A DNA stretch of 63,570 nucleotides, counting the filler, from Octopus bimaculoides (Eukaryota), in NCBI RefSeq assembly GCF_001194135.2. It is 6 parts of 6 records of this genome, joined end to end, with 100 filler letters (N's around TTAATTAATTAA, not from the genome) between each part and the next. Parts side by side here need not be neighbours in the genome. Positions count along the whole stretch, not along the records: positions 19,089 to 34,217 come from NC_069000.1; positions 34,318 to 53,519 come from NC_068981.1; 4 more parts are not named here. One strand, given 5' to 3'. A program made the translations under genes and the position numbers. A model generated the notes under the pieces. It was not told where the DNA came from. It worked only from the letters and a program-made list of their open reading frames with translations, and made no database searches. Shown piece after piece: positions 25,463 to 38,715 of this stretch (its first letter is position 1; the number at the start of each line of letters is the position of its first letter).

Positions 25463-27272
25463 ACTCACTTTTTTCAGTTTTAAAGCTGTGCTCATGCTGA
25501 GGCACCATATATACATATACATATATATATTTGCCACATTGTGTGTGTCTGTGTTGATGGGTGGATGTGTGCGCGTTGCTAAGTGTACAGAGGTGTTCTC
25601 CAGACAATTATTGAAAGTGCGGTGAGAGGAATGTTTACCATTGTCTAAACTATGAAAGTGGACGATTTGGGAGAAAGAATAAAACAACAGCAGAACTGTT
25701 TTATTAGTTTGTGTTGATAGAAAAATTACGAGGAAGAGATTTAAGGAAGTATTTATTCTATGTTTACAGCTGTTTCGCAATCCATATTCAGTTACATCAT
25801 GAAAACCAATATGTTCTACAAGCATATAAGTATATATATGTAGGTATTCACATATAGTTGTATGTTGTCATAACAAGTAAGGTTTTTCTTCAGAAGAAAG
25901 TTATTTTTGTGAATATTCATTCAACATTTAAAGATGTAACAATATGTACCTTGGACAAAAAAGGATATTAGTTCTACAGTTGCAAGGCTAATTCACACGA
26001 TTCGCTATGTTAGGGTTGTCAGGTGTAGTTGTATTATTATCAATAATCTGTGTATTATTACCTTTGTTATTTCATTCCATAGGTGGTTAGATGCATACGT
26101 AAGACTCAAACCATTTCGTGTTACATTACCTTAGGACTGAGGGTTTAGTTTCGTTCTGTTGAATCTAGATAAGTGTTCTGAAATATTAGGTGCTGTGGAA
26201 CATGTCGGTTAAAAGTCTTACTATGCGCGATGGATACAGGTTTATCCAGAGCATGGGAGAATTCGGTTGCCATGTTGGATGAGATATTTAATCAGAAAGG
26301 AGAATTAAACAGCACCATGTTCCTCTTACTCGGACGGCTTTCTACCAAACCGAATATAAATTCTATACTTCATATTATCAATTCTCACCTGTAAATCGCT
26401 TCCAGAATTGATATATCAGCTCACAAGGATTCATCTTACAATATTTATTGATGCAATTATCACAACAATTGATAATTCCATCATTTTATCCTTATTACTT
26501 CTATTTCTACGATGTTTACCAAGACGATTATGGTTATTATTTTTGTAAGATAATCCTTATTAAATGTTTCTGGATTATACTTAACAGAATTATTACTCTT
26601 AATACTCTTCTTATCTGTTGTGTTAATTACTGTATTATGTTGCTTTACCTTATTATTGTTGCTTATCATGTTGCATTTAATCCTATAACTACAGTTGGTC
26701 CTTACAGTACGATTCACATTATCATTAATATACATATTCTTGATGTAATTTTTTCTAATAACATGATTAATGACCGTTAATGCCATTATTAATAGCATTG
26801 TTATTAAAGTTATCCCAAATATTATAAAAATTGTTATTAATATATCTTGGCGATAACTTCAATACGAAATTCCCTTAAGGTCAGGTCCCCTTTGTCCACC
26901 TCGTGACTGATCAGGGATCTACAGATGCGCCCACAGCGGCCGCAAGGAATTATGTGTGTTCTGCTTGGCTCCACGCTAATATAGTCCTTCCACCGGGCTC
27001 TCCTCTCCTGGCTGACACGATGGCTTGCCTAAAATGCTCTGGTAGCTCGCTGGATGGTGCAGAGCCAAGTACAGCGGTCAGCGGCCTTGGGGCTCCACTA
27101 GTGAGAGTCAATGTTAAGGTTTTCTTTTTCATTTCGTTCCTTTCGGGGTTTTATTCCTCATTTTGTGGTTCTAGAACATAATAGTTCTTTCTAGCGTAAG
27201 GAATCCCATGAGTGGATTCTTCTTATGTATTTATAATATATATAATATATATATGTATAATATATATATATA

Positions 27273-27435
27273 TGTGGCTGTGTGGTAAGTAGCTTGATTA
27301 CCAATCACATGGTTCCGGGTTCAGTTCCACTGCGTGGCACTTTGGGCAAGTGTCTTCTACTATAGCCTCGGGCCGACCAAAGCCTTGTGAGTGAATTTGG
27401 TAGACGGAAACTGAAAGAAGCCCGTCGTATATATG

Positions 27436-27466
<31 letters not shown>

Positions 27467-27682
27467 TTGTGTGTCTGTTTGTCCCCCTAGCATTGCTTGA
27501 CAACCGATGCTGGTGTGTTTACGTCCCCGTCATCTAGCGGTTCGGCAAAAGAGACCGATAGAATAAGTACTAGGCTTACAAAGAATAAGTCCCGGGGTCG
27601 ATTTGCTCGACTAAAGGCGGTGCTCCAGCATGGCCGCAGTCAAATGACTGAAACAAATAAAAGAATAAAAGAATAAAAGAAT
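27273..27682 (+). mobile_element. Full-length tRNA-derived SINE
   Basis: A-box-like TGGCTGTGTGGT, B-box-like GGTTCAGTTCC, an internal (TA/TG)n tract, and a 3' end GCGGTGCTCCAGCATGGCCGCAGTCAAATGACTGAAAC followed by (AAAGAAT)n. Homologous partial copies lie at 7028, 16880, 30975 and 41872. Confidence 0.9.
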
Positions 27683-27862
27683 ATATATATATATATGTTT
27701 ATAATATATATATATGTGTGTATAATAGCAATGTTAATTCTCTAAATGAAGTATTAACAGTAACTGCACGATAAAGTGTAGTATATTGCCACTTAAGTGT
27801 GGCTGACCCCTAGGGGTGGATGTTACTGTTGCTTTTAGCCCCAGGAGGACATCTCCTCCAGC

Positions 27863-27944
<82 letters not shown>

Positions 27945-28750
27945 ATATATATATATGTATAATATTGTATATCTAAATCTACACATTTGCGCGCGCTTGC
28001 GTGTAAGAGAGAAAGAGATGCAGCGAGGCAGGGAGGGAGGATCAGTGAGAGTGCAGGGAGTCACTGAAGAACGATCTAAAGGTGATCGGCAGCAGTAGAT
28101 GTGGTCACGTGTCAGCTTGTTATGCCTGAACCCGGTCTTTGTGTGTGTGTGCGCGCGCGCGTCTCTGCATGTGTTTGCAGACGACTTAAAACGACTATAT
28201 GATGTATTCGAGAGATTGTGTACGCGCGCGCGTGTGTGTGTATCTATGTCTGCGTGTGTGTCCATGCTTCTATACCTGTGTATGTGTATATGTATGGTTA
28301 TATGTGTGTGTATGTGTGTGTGTATGTACTTTCATCTACGTCTGTCTCTATATATGCCTGTGTGATTGTTTGCTTGTGTCTGTATGTGTTCCTGTATATA
28401 TGTGTGTCTGTGTGCCCCCTCTGTGTGTGTGTGTGTGTGTTTGACAATACCCTCATTTCCCTTCTATTCCCCCCCCTCCGTTCGTTCCCTTTTTTTCTCA
28501 CTAGCTCCTTTGTTTTGCTCTCCATTTCCCGCCAGACTTTATCCCAACCTTCCACCCCCGTCCCTTCCTTTATCTCTGTACACCGACCACCGCTACTAAC
28601 CTCCCCCCCTCAACCATCACCATCACTTCATTGTCATTTCACCACCACCACCACCACCACCACCACCACCATACTATTCCCTGACTCACAGTCACTCTTT
28701 GAGTCATACGATTTCTCTATGCATCTGTTTTCATGCACGCAAATATATCT

Positions 28751-28801
<51 letters not shown>

Positions 28802-28950
28802 TGCATAAACAACTGCACCTATACATGCATACATGTATGTATTTATACACATGTGTACGCATGTAGTTATATATGTGCGTATATGTTTACATTCATACAT
28901 ACATATATACACATATACATACATACAGACTCACACATATATATGTAGAC

Positions 28951-28994
<44 letters not shown>

Positions 28995-29054
28995 ATGTAT
29001 GTATGTATGGTCACACAAACATGATATACTGTTTATGCTCGTATTCCTTCGTGA

Positions 29055-29089
<35 letters not shown>

Positions 29090-29130
29090 CCCACGTTTGT
29101 GTGCACGCACGCCCGCCCGCCGACTATATA

Positions 29131-29245
29131 TAGTTATGCATGACTATATCGCTGCATGTACAGAGCTGCATGTATGTGCACGTGGGACCAGTAGGTGTAA
29201 TACTTTGACTGAGATGTATAGCTGCGATATAGTCATGCATAACTA
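29131..29245. mobile_element. 115 bp MITE-like element with perfect 22 bp terminal inverted repeats
   Basis: TAGTTATGCATGACTATATCGC (29131-29152) and GCGATATAGTCATGCATAACTA (29224-29245). The right flank is in a gap. Confidence 0.7.
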
Positions 29246-29639
29246 NNNNNNNNNNNNNNNNNNNNNNNNNNNNNNNNGGGGGGGGGCTGACGCGCACGCG
29301 CGCACGCAACCGTTGCAGCCTCACTTTCATCTGAAGCCTCTCGTGCTGCTACCTGCGACTCTATGCGTGTGTGTGTGTGTGTGTGTCTGTTTATATGAAC
29401 CACTCTGTACGTAGATTTCTATTTATGTCTGATGCTGTTTTTGTTGTTGTTATTTAGCCCTAGGTGAGATGCGGAAGAACAGATCTATGATGAAATGTAT
29501 TCCAGCCTTGACCATCCCGTTTATACTTAGACATCAAATATCTTAGACTACGTTATTTATGTGAAATTTAACTGCTATTTCTTGTAGTGCTTTTGACTAC
29601 GTAGAGTCTATCGCAAGAGCGCGAGTGTGCGCGTGTGCG

Positions 29640-29672
<33 letters not shown>

Positions 29673-30234
29673 ACGGTACCAGCGTGTTTAGCAATAACAT
29701 GTCTGAATACTTCTCAGTGCAAATGTGTGGTCTTATATTTGTTCTTTGTTTCTGTGTGTGTATGTGTGTGTATAGATGCATATACATATATTTATACGTA
29801 TACATATATACACGCACAAATATGCATGTATATATATATATATATGTACGTACGTACGTATGTACGTACATCTATATTTGTATGTGTGTGTATGTATGTT
29901 TGAATTTTTAAGACGCAATACAAACTACTGGTTATTCCTTGTTGTCTCCAAGTCTGGCGTCAAAGCTAAGAATTCATCAAATTTCTGTGATACACTCAAG
30001 ATGACTTTTACAAATGAAGCCCTAATACCCCATCCCCACACACTACTTTCATATTGTGGGAAGCAAGAACAGCAACGAGGACAAATGCTAAAGTATAAAA
30101 TAAGTTGTTTCCCTTTATATGTAACGCAAAATCAATAGTTTGTATTGCTTCATATACATATTTCAAAGTCTAGTATGGGCATCATATTGTGATGCACATT
30201 AGCAAACGTTAAAAACTATTATATACATACATCT

Positions 30235-30279
<45 letters not shown>

Positions 30280-30974
30280 ACATATTTCACACGACGTCTG
30301 ACGAAATGAAATGGATATTTTGTATAATAATTATGCAACATTACATCATCTTTCTCTCTGCATATTCTCATGGAACCGTTCGTCCCGTAATGCAGCATCT
30401 TCTTCATTGCCAATTCATTTATTATCAAATATTCTGCGATAACTGTACAACACTTAGTTGTCATACGAGCGTTGGATTTGCAAATTTCTTAATTACTACT
30501 GATTAATGAATAATTCTTCAACTAGTTGAGTAATGAGATGTACTATTAGTACTCCTCTTTAACTATTTCCTTAGCCCACATGAACTGTAACATACTTGCA
30601 TGCGCGCGCGCACACACACACACACGCACGCACACGCATAGTGTATTGATGAGATTACCACATAATACTCCATCAAATGAGAGATAAAAATCTTTTAATA
30701 CGCACAGGATTTATATCAGATGTCACCAATCTCATGCGTACGCTAGAGCAACAATCAGAGGAGCTTGTATAGCGTGCCTTGTACAACCATGCCATCTTTC
30801 TGATTAGAAATAAAACATACAACAGACTAGAAATACAACACACAACACACTTTCTGAGAAATGACGAGAAAGAACGAAATACGTGGAAGGAAGGTATATA
30901 AGAATTGTGTCCCTTTGATAGCTTAGAAATAGAATTAACAACGACTGGTGTGGGTATTTCGAAGAGGAAGAGTT

Positions 30975-31115
30975 TTTAGTTGAACGAATCGACCCCAGAA
31001 CTTTTTCAAAGTTTGATACTTATTCTAACGATCTCTTTTGCCGAACTGCTAGATTAGGGGAACGTAAACAAACCAATGCCGGTTGTCAAAGGGAGAGGGA
31101 CAAACATAGACACAC
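30975..31115 (-). mobile_element. SINE 3' half
   Basis: CTCTTTTGCCGAACTGCTAG..GGGAACGTAAACAAACCAATGCCGGTTGTCAA..GGGGACAAAC is the reverse complement of 27475-27600. Confidence 0.75.
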
Positions 31116-31507
31116 ATTGCATATTAGCAAATTAATAGGCTTGGAAAGTCTTGAGTTAGTAGTTTGGTCGGTTCACTAAACTGGTTCTTGGTTTTGAGAG
31201 AATTTGAGTGTGTGAATGACATGTTGATTATTCGCTAGTGTCAAGAAGAGATAACCTTACCGATTGAAAGTTAGCTACTCACTGACTAATAGGACTTATG
31301 ATTAGTTTCAGTTTATTACTGATGTTTCCTGTCTCTTTTTCGGGGAAACACGAGTTGCACTTTTTCTATTTTGATTCTACCAATTTAGTCCTTTCACCCT
31401 TCCTAGAATTTTTGTTAAAGTGCTTTCCACAAAAGCTTGTTTCGTTTTTGCCTGTTTACTCTACGACTAGAAAATTAACCACTTCACGGTCATACTGCTA
31501 CAGGTCT

Positions 31508-31570
31508 CTGCGGGCCAGAAAAAAAAGGCTTCGTGGGCCAGATCTGGCCCGCGGACCATAGGTTGCCCAT
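31508..31570 (-). mobile_element. hAT (Charlie-like) transposon end remnant
   Basis: The reverse strand reads ATGGGCAACCTATGGTCCGCGGGCCAGATCTGGCCC, resembling the GGCCCGCGGGCCAGATC(C/T)GGCCC subterminal motif of hAT MITEs. Confidence 0.5.
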
Positions 31571-32739
31571 ATATTTTACTGCCTTAGACATTCGCCAGCC
31601 TTCAAGTCGGACCGGAAGTATGACAAGCTGAATCATCTTTAAATCCCTTTTTATTTCTTCATCTGTATATGGCACTTTGCATTAAACCTTAAACCATTTT
31701 TCTCTCCTCATCAGCTTCATTCACCTTCCAATCCATATTCCTTGAATTCCCGATCCTCTTTTACCCGTTTCAGCTTCTCCACCCGCTTGGCTCAGCTCGA
31801 CTTCGTCTTGGTACTCCTTCCTGTTCGGTCTGTCTATCCATCTCGCTTATCTACTCTCGTTTAACCTGAATCAGTTTGACCCGTCAACACTGCTTTTCTT
31901 CCTCCTTTCGGTTTCTGTTGATTGTCTCCTTCCGATGACTTTCAACAAACACTTCTCTTGCCATGTTTGTATGCAACCCTGACTTGTTCTGTACAACAGA
32001 GGCCACCCGTTCGTCTTCGTTTGGTCTTGCTATCTCCTTCATTTCGCCCGCTCCATTCTCAACTGTCTTAGCTTTACTACTAAACCCTCCCCACCCCACT
32101 TCCTCTACCACTTGCTGGGCCTAAGACTACTAAGCTTGGCTTGTCTTATTTAAATAATTCCCGAACTGACACCAGACACCCAGTTTCGATTACACCCTTA
32201 CCTATTGGTATAACTGTTGTAGGGAAAATGGTACAACCCTTCCCACCCGACGAGTGGTACGAGGCAGCCACTCTTAGCTAATTTTTGTTTAAATAATGCA
32301 AAATATATAATGCGCAGCTGTTACAACGCGCTGTTATGCCGCGTGCTCCTTCAGTCCACTCTGTTGTCGCCATTATTACGTTGTGGCGGTATTTCGCATC
32401 TTATTATCCTTGACTCGTCCATCGTGCTGTCACTGATAGTTCCGCAAGACAATGACTTTCAAACGTCTCCCTTGACGGTGACTCGAACTCGTATATACCA
32501 CGTAACTGACACTGACTCCAACTGAGAACTCGTACAACGACTCTACCACTACTGACGTCGATTGTCCCACGACTGTCCCACGACTGTCCCACGACTGACT
32601 TTATAGTGACTGGTTCATTCATGCCACTTGTCACGTGGCAAGGGTTGTATGATTTTACTACAAAAAATAACCGAGTCGGGCGCTGATTTCAAGGACTTAA
32701 TAGAGGAGGTGAAGGGTCACTGGAGAAGAACAAGGCTTG

Positions 32740-32842
32740 CTGTGGGAGGGCAAAGGTTACTGAAGGAGGGCAAAGGTTATTGAAGGAGGTCAAAGATTAC
32801 TGAAGGAGGTGAAGGGTTACGGAAGGAAGACAAAGGTTACGG
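32740..32842. repeat. 21 bp minisatellite, about 5 copies
   Basis: GAAGGAGG(G/T)CAAAGGTTACT units. Confidence 0.8.
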
Positions 32843-33974
32843 TGTGAAGCTGCGATTATATTCTTTTTGTCTGTCTTTCTTTCCTCCCTCATCCCTGTCT
32901 CTCGTCCTCCCTTACTCCCATCATAAGCCTCCATCCATGCCAATCACCACTACAACATATTCGCCGCACCACTATCACCNNNNNNNNNNNNNNNNNNNNN
33001 NNNNNNNNNNNNNNNNNNNNNNNNNNNNNNNNNNNNNNNNNNNNNNNNNNNNNNNNNNNNNNNNNNNNNNNNNNNNNNNNNNNNNNNNNNNNNNNNNNNN
33101 NNNNNNNNNNNNNNNNNNNNNNNNNNNNNNNNNNNNNNNNNNNNNNNNNNNNNNNNNNNNNNNNNNNNNNNNNNNNNNNNNNNNNNNNNNNNNNNNNNNN
33201 NNNNNNNNNNNNNNNNNNNNNNNNNNNNNNNNNNNNNNNNNNNNNNNNNNNNNNNNNNNNNNNNNNNNNNNNNNNNNNNNNNNNNNNNNNNNNNNNNNNN
33301 NNNNNNNNNNNNNNNNNNNNNNNNNNNNNNNNNNNNNNNNNNNNNNNNNNNNNNNNNNNNNNNNNNNNNNNNNNNNNNNNNNNNNNNNNNNNNNNNNNNN
33401 NNNNNNNNNNNNNNNNNNNNNNNNNNNNNNNNNNNNNNNNNNNNNNNNNNNNNNNNNNNNNNNNNNNNNNNNNNNNNNNNNNGTGTACAGAAGTATAAGA
33501 AATTCTCTCTCCTTCTCTCCTTCTCTCTCTCTCTTTCTCTCACACACCCACCCGCGTGTATACTCCTACCAGACATATGCAGTTACTCTCTCTCTCCCCC
33601 TCTCTCCGCCTCTCACTCTTTCTCCCTTTCTCTATCTCCTCCTCCTCTCTCTCTGCTCCTCACAGTCTTTTTTGCAGCAAAACCAGTTACAAGAATAACT
33701 GATGCACGACGAGTTGCAGCAGCAGCAGCAGCAGAAATAGTAGCAGCAGCAGCAGCAGTAATAGTAATAGTAGTTGTAGTAGTAGTAGTTGTAGCAGCAC
33801 AGGTCTGAGAGAGAGAGAGTTGTGTCAGTGTGCATGCTGACTTGACTCCAGCGAGTGCGATGGAAGCAACCGGATTTCGGGAGGAGAGCAGCCGACGACG
33901 CAAACAACAGCCGACCGGCCAACAATAAACAAACACACACACACACACGCATCTAATCTCAGCCTTACGGATAC

Positions 33975-34012
<38 letters not shown>

Positions 34013-34317
34013 ACACACCCACATACACAATATACCTCATAAACACACACACAAACACGACTGCGTCTTTATAGCAAACATAACAGCACAAAGCGTTACC
34101 TACACGCGCGCGCGCACTCCCATATATTTATACGTAGATTCGCACGTAACACATTTAATATGCATACATAAATACACCCACACGCACACACATCCATACA
34201 CACACACACACATATACNNNNNNNNNNNNNNNNNNNNNNNNNNNNNNNNNNNNNNNNNNNNTTAATTAATTAANNNNNNNNNNNNNNNNNNNNNNNNNNN
34301 NNNNNNNNNNNNNNNNN

Positions 34318-34773
34318 CCCACCAGGGGCTAAACAAAAAAGGGGACAAACACAATCGGGGAACTAAAATTATAAAATGGAGGTATGAAGAGAGAAACAAA
34401 ATAAAAGAAAAGAATGAATTATGAAAACGATGATATAATGAGGTGGAATGCTCACTCGACCCCTGACGTCGAGTGGTTACATTGATACCGTTTTGTTGTT
34501 CAATGCCTTAAATCTAGCAGTTCAATGCCATAGTCCTCTTTTAGTTTAGTATAATTAATCCTTTTCGGCAACTTGTCTCTATTGCCGATGACTTTCCACC
34601 AATCAATGCCTTTATTATTCTTTTTTACTATTTCCCATTGTTCTTTGTTTCCCAAATAGTACATTGTAGTCTCACCATCATCATCCAAGAATTCTACTTC
34701 CACCATATCCTTCCACTCGTTCAACAGTTTTACCATGTCATCTCTTGCGTTCTCATACAGAACGCAAGCAAAA
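34318..34773 (-). mobile_element. 5'-truncated inverted copy of the ORF1-only element (3' 455 bp)
   Basis: Reverse complement of about 39896-40352, including the ORF MVK.LNEWKDMVEVEF...GIELLDLRH and the 3' UTR. The extreme 3' end is lost in the gap. Confidence 0.9.
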
Positions 34774-34775
34774 GC

Positions 34776-34984
34776 AAAAGTCTATTATATCAAGGGCCCC
34801 CTACTTTAAGGCAAATATTAGTAAATGTTCTTTATGTATTAGGGAATCCCTTGCAATACTCAGGTCTTTTGGACCAAAAACCTTAAATAAGTTCACAGAG
34901 GTAATCCCCTTCTGCAACCATAAGTTTTCCTCCACCTTCTTGAAACTGTATAAAAATAGAAATAAATTTAAAAGCAATAGATAA
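34776..34984 (+). pseudogene. Penelope-like GIY-YIG endonuclease C-terminal fragment
   Basis: KSIISRAPYFKANISKCSLCIRESLAIL...TLNKFTEVIPFCNHKF matches the PLE C-terminal pattern I..A..Y.....C.LC..E...I.....LN.R.E....C.H. Confidence 0.7.
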
Positions 34985-35346
34985 TAACAAGTGTAATAGT
35001 TTGCGTTAGGGTGATTTGAAACCTTGAAGATTGGTTTTGATACTGCAGCCTGTTTGACTATTCTAAAATAGCACTTTTTTTTTTTTAATCTTTCCATTAT
35101 TTGCATGGACTTGTCTAAGGTTGGTCCATATTGATTATATATATTTGCTATTTTATAAAAATTATTTTTCCCTTTGTGCATGCGTAATTCTTTTTGAATT
35201 GTGTATGTAATTTTGGATATTGTTACCTCACAAGTAGAATATTTAATTTGATTTTGATTGTTGTACTGTGTTTTGTTAATTTTGTCGTTAATTTTTGGAA
35301 AAATTGTCACAGTTGGTGAAACCGGCAACGGTTTCCCCGTGCAGGG

Positions 35347-36679
35347 AAACCTACACGATGGCAGAACTAACAGAACATGAAATCAAAAGAATATGTGAGA
35401 TTGAATTAATTCCGGACGAAGATGAACAACCGAGAATTATAAGAAATCAGTCAGCAACGTCGAAAAGAAATATAGATGTAAAAAGCCTTAAAACAAAGGA
35501 ATCAAATGAGAAAGAAAAGGAAAAAAACGACAAGAAAAATGTTAGACTTTGCAGCAGTGGCTGGTGCCAAACAAAGGAAAGTAAACCTGAGCAACACAGA
35601 GAAGCATAACCCCGCCCCAAAGTTTCCTGGCAAAAATAGAAAGGGAGACTATCATCTTTAAAACATACAGCACAGAAGAGAGGAAAATAGATTACGTCTC
35701 AGAAGCAGAGATTGAGAAGTGCCTAAAGCCGATTTGGCAAAAAATCACTTACATCGCCAAAGGCAAGCGATATGCTACTGTTGAGGTGAGAATTGAGTCG
35801 GAGGAAGATGCCCGACTCCACTCTGTAGAGCCTCTGAGGACTGAAAATGCGGTTCTCCTACCACTGTACATGGGTAGGAGAACATCGCAAATAACAATCA
35901 ACAACATTCCCACTGAGGTGGACCCAGAGTGGGTAGTTGCCGCGGTAACAATGGGTCTGGAAGATAAGATTACAGTATTGGATGCAACTGTTATTAAGCC
36001 AAGACTGTGGTACGGCCAGGCCCTGAAAGTAATAATACAGGCGGAACAGACCACACTGGAAGAGATAATCAAAAGTTTTGAGGTTGGTGGGACACGACTG
36101 GTTGTGTTAGTGGAAGGCCGCCAACCTCGTTGCTTCCAGTGTGGGAAGGAGGGCCACCTCAGGGTGGACTGTAAACAGAACATAGCGGAGAAAAAAACCA
36201 GCCAGGAAGAAACAGAGGAAAAAAGAAAGGAACCTGAAGTAGTGGAGGAGAAACAAAAGGAACAGGAAGCTAAAAAGGAACCAACACCAGTTCCAGTGGA
36301 AAAGGCTGAAGAGGGTTGGACTACTGTGTCCAATAAAAGAAAATCGAAACAACCCTCTCCAACGAAAAACAAACAAGAACAGAAAAAAACAAAAAGCGGA
36401 AACCCAAAGAAAAAGACAGTTGCTACATGGTGGTTCGAACCACAAACAGAGAGCTTATGAACCACTTGGCAACTATCGAAATGAGAAAAGTAGAAGCAAA
36501 AAATGGCAAGGAAATTATTCAATGTATTTAACAACTACAGAAATGATGTTGGAGCCCCAAGATTGGACTACGTTCCAACTATGTCAGAGAATTTTATACC
36601 TCCGACTCCACAGGCCTCAGACGGAGTGGAAAAGTCGGGGGTTTCCCTGCCTCCAGACACCGACTAAGGTAAAACACTC
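35347..36679 (+). pseudogene. Tx1-type ORF1 (gag-like, zinc knuckle), disrupted
   Basis: MAELTEHEIKRICEIELIPD...KPIWQKITYIAKGKRYATVEVR...VLLPLYMGRR...VEGRQPRCFQCGKEGHLRVDC (CX2CX4HX4C), then an E/K-rich tail. Contains stops and frameshifts. Confidence 0.85.
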
Positions 36680-38615
36680 ATGGCTATTCGTATTAGTTGT
36701 TTAAATGTACGCGGCCTGTCGTCAAGTTGGAAGCAAGGGCGCTTCCTAAATGACATCAGGTCGTGAAATTTGGATGTGATTGCTGCCACAGAAACCCGGA
36801 TAAGCAGGCCAAGAGATCTGCTCCCCCTCTTGAGCGGCTACAAGAGATACGTCTCTCCATGTCGGCCAGGAGGTGGGGGTGGGGTGTCGGTCTTAATAAA
36901 AAGAGACTGGGTTCCTGAGGTAAAGTCTGTTTTTATTGATCCAGAAGGCAAGCTGGTCGTCCTAGATTTGACATTAAGTTGTAGTAAGACAGTGAGGTTG
37001 GTCACAATTTATGCACCCAATTCATTTGGTTTACAGAATCAATATTTCCATGACCTCGGGAAATTCCTTTCTTTAGTCGTGTTAGGTGACTTCAACGCAA
37101 TTGACGATGTGCATGTTGATTGTGTTGGCTCGCAGACAGACAGAACAGTGAATCCTGGCTTTCGGAATCTGCTCAGCCACTTTCAGCTGGTAGACCCGTA
37201 TAGACTGGAACATCCAAACGCTCCACTGTGGATGTGGTCAAGTAGCGATGGGTCTTCCAGGTCTTATTTAGATAGGATATTGATAAGAAAAGTAGATAAA
37301 GATATAGTTAAGTGTCCACAGTTTTACCCAGTCAACTACAGTGACCACAAGATAGTCACAAAGAGCTGACTATAGATAAGATGTATAGACAGGGATCTGG
37401 CTACTGGAAACTCAACAAGTCCCTATTGGCGAACGAGGAGTACAGAAAGTGGATCAAGTTAATAATTCAAAGGGCTTTAACAGGTTGGTACCTGCTAAAT
37501 TAATAATAAATGGTTGTACGCCCTTAAGTGAGCCAGAAAATATGAGTTGATTAGATGTGGTATAGGCTTAGCTAAGAAGGAACGTAGCATAGGCGATGGT
37601 CTTGTTAAGGAGCTAGAGAAAGCCATGGAGAATGGTAATGCGGACCAGGTGAAGGCCAAGAGACTGGAATTAAACCAGCACCTCGAAAGCCAACACATGG
37701 GAAGTATTATCAGAGTAAAAATATGTGCAATGGGTTGCAAAAGAATCAAAGCTGCTGGATGGGCCCGAGTGGTAGAGGCTCAACGGGGTAATGACTCCAT
37801 TATTCGAACTGTGGCGAACCTTCAGGGCGAATTGGTAAACGAACCCGAGGAGATGTGTGGGGCCTTTCAGGAGCACTTCGCTCGGCTTTTTGGGGGTGAT
37901 GGTGAGTCGTGTGGTGGGGAAGACCTTGAGGGCTTCCTTGCTGGGCTGCCACGCCTCTCGGGGCCGAACGGGAGGCTTGTGAGGGGCCGATCACACCTGG
38001 GGAGATAATTGAGACGTTGGCGGACTGTGGTAAAGGCAAATCGCCGGGGCTTGATGGCCTACCCTATGAATTATATAAAAGTATGCCAGACTTGTTTGGA
38101 CACCTTCTGGCTGGTGTGTACACGAACTGGCAACAGAATGGGTTTATCCCCAGATCTGTGTGCTGGGGAGTGGTGACACTAGTCAGGAAGGACCTGAGCA
38201 AGGGGGATTGTTTAGATAACGTTAGGCCCATCACTCTGCTAAATACAGAAGTGAAGATTTTGGCCAAGGTATTAGCGAAAAGGTTTGCGCGTGTCGCGGA
38301 TGGTTTGATTGGGGAGGCAGAGACCTGTGCCATCCCCGGCAGGACCATTCAGGATAATCTCCACCTTATCCGCTATACCATAGAGAGGTTTGGGGCTAAT
38401 ACTAGCAGAGGGCGGGGGGGGGGCATTGGTACATTTAGATCAGGACGACTCTGGGTCTCGGATTTATTGAACTCGACAGCCTGTTCTTTCGTAGATTCGG
38501 GTTGAAGTCGTTGGATAATTTCCAAATGTCTTTGACCTGGCAATGTTACAGAGGAGCCCTACCCGTTCACGATAAACTCGCAAGACATGATATGCAGATA
38601 TCATCAACCTGTCCA
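36680..38615 (+). pseudogene. Tx1-type ORF2 (APE endonuclease + RT), disrupted and internally deleted
   Basis: MAIRISCLNVRGL, ATET, TIYAPN, LGDFN, SYLDRILI, SDH, GYWKLNKSLL, GKSPGLDGLPYELYK, RPITLLNTEVKILAKVLAKR, GRTIQDNLHLIR, ALVHLDQ (ends 38443). It then jumps to LDNFQMSLTWQCYRGALPVHDKLARHDMQISSTCP (38511-38615). Confidence 0.9.
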
Positions 38616-38715
38616 TTTTATAATTTTAGTTCCCCGATTGTGTTTGTCCTTTTCTATGTTTAGCCCCTGGTAGGTAATAAAGAGATCTTTCCCTTTGTGC
38701 ATGTCTTGATGTTTG

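Larger units (their letters stand above)
35183..38686 (+). mobile_element. L1/Tx1-clade LINE (element A), full-length ends, internally deleted ORF2
   Basis: 5' UTR, ORF1 with CCHC knuckle, ORF2 with APE, RT domains to LDQ, a zf-RVT-like remnant and a 3' tail ending TAATAAAGAGAT. Flanked by the 16 bp direct repeat TTTCCCTTTGTGCATG (35167-35182 and 38688-38703). Confidence 0.88.

Noticed and set aside
27273-27345. tRNA gene (also 57505-57580)
   Set aside because: The A/B-box heads run straight into SINE bodies and lack a complete cloverleaf.
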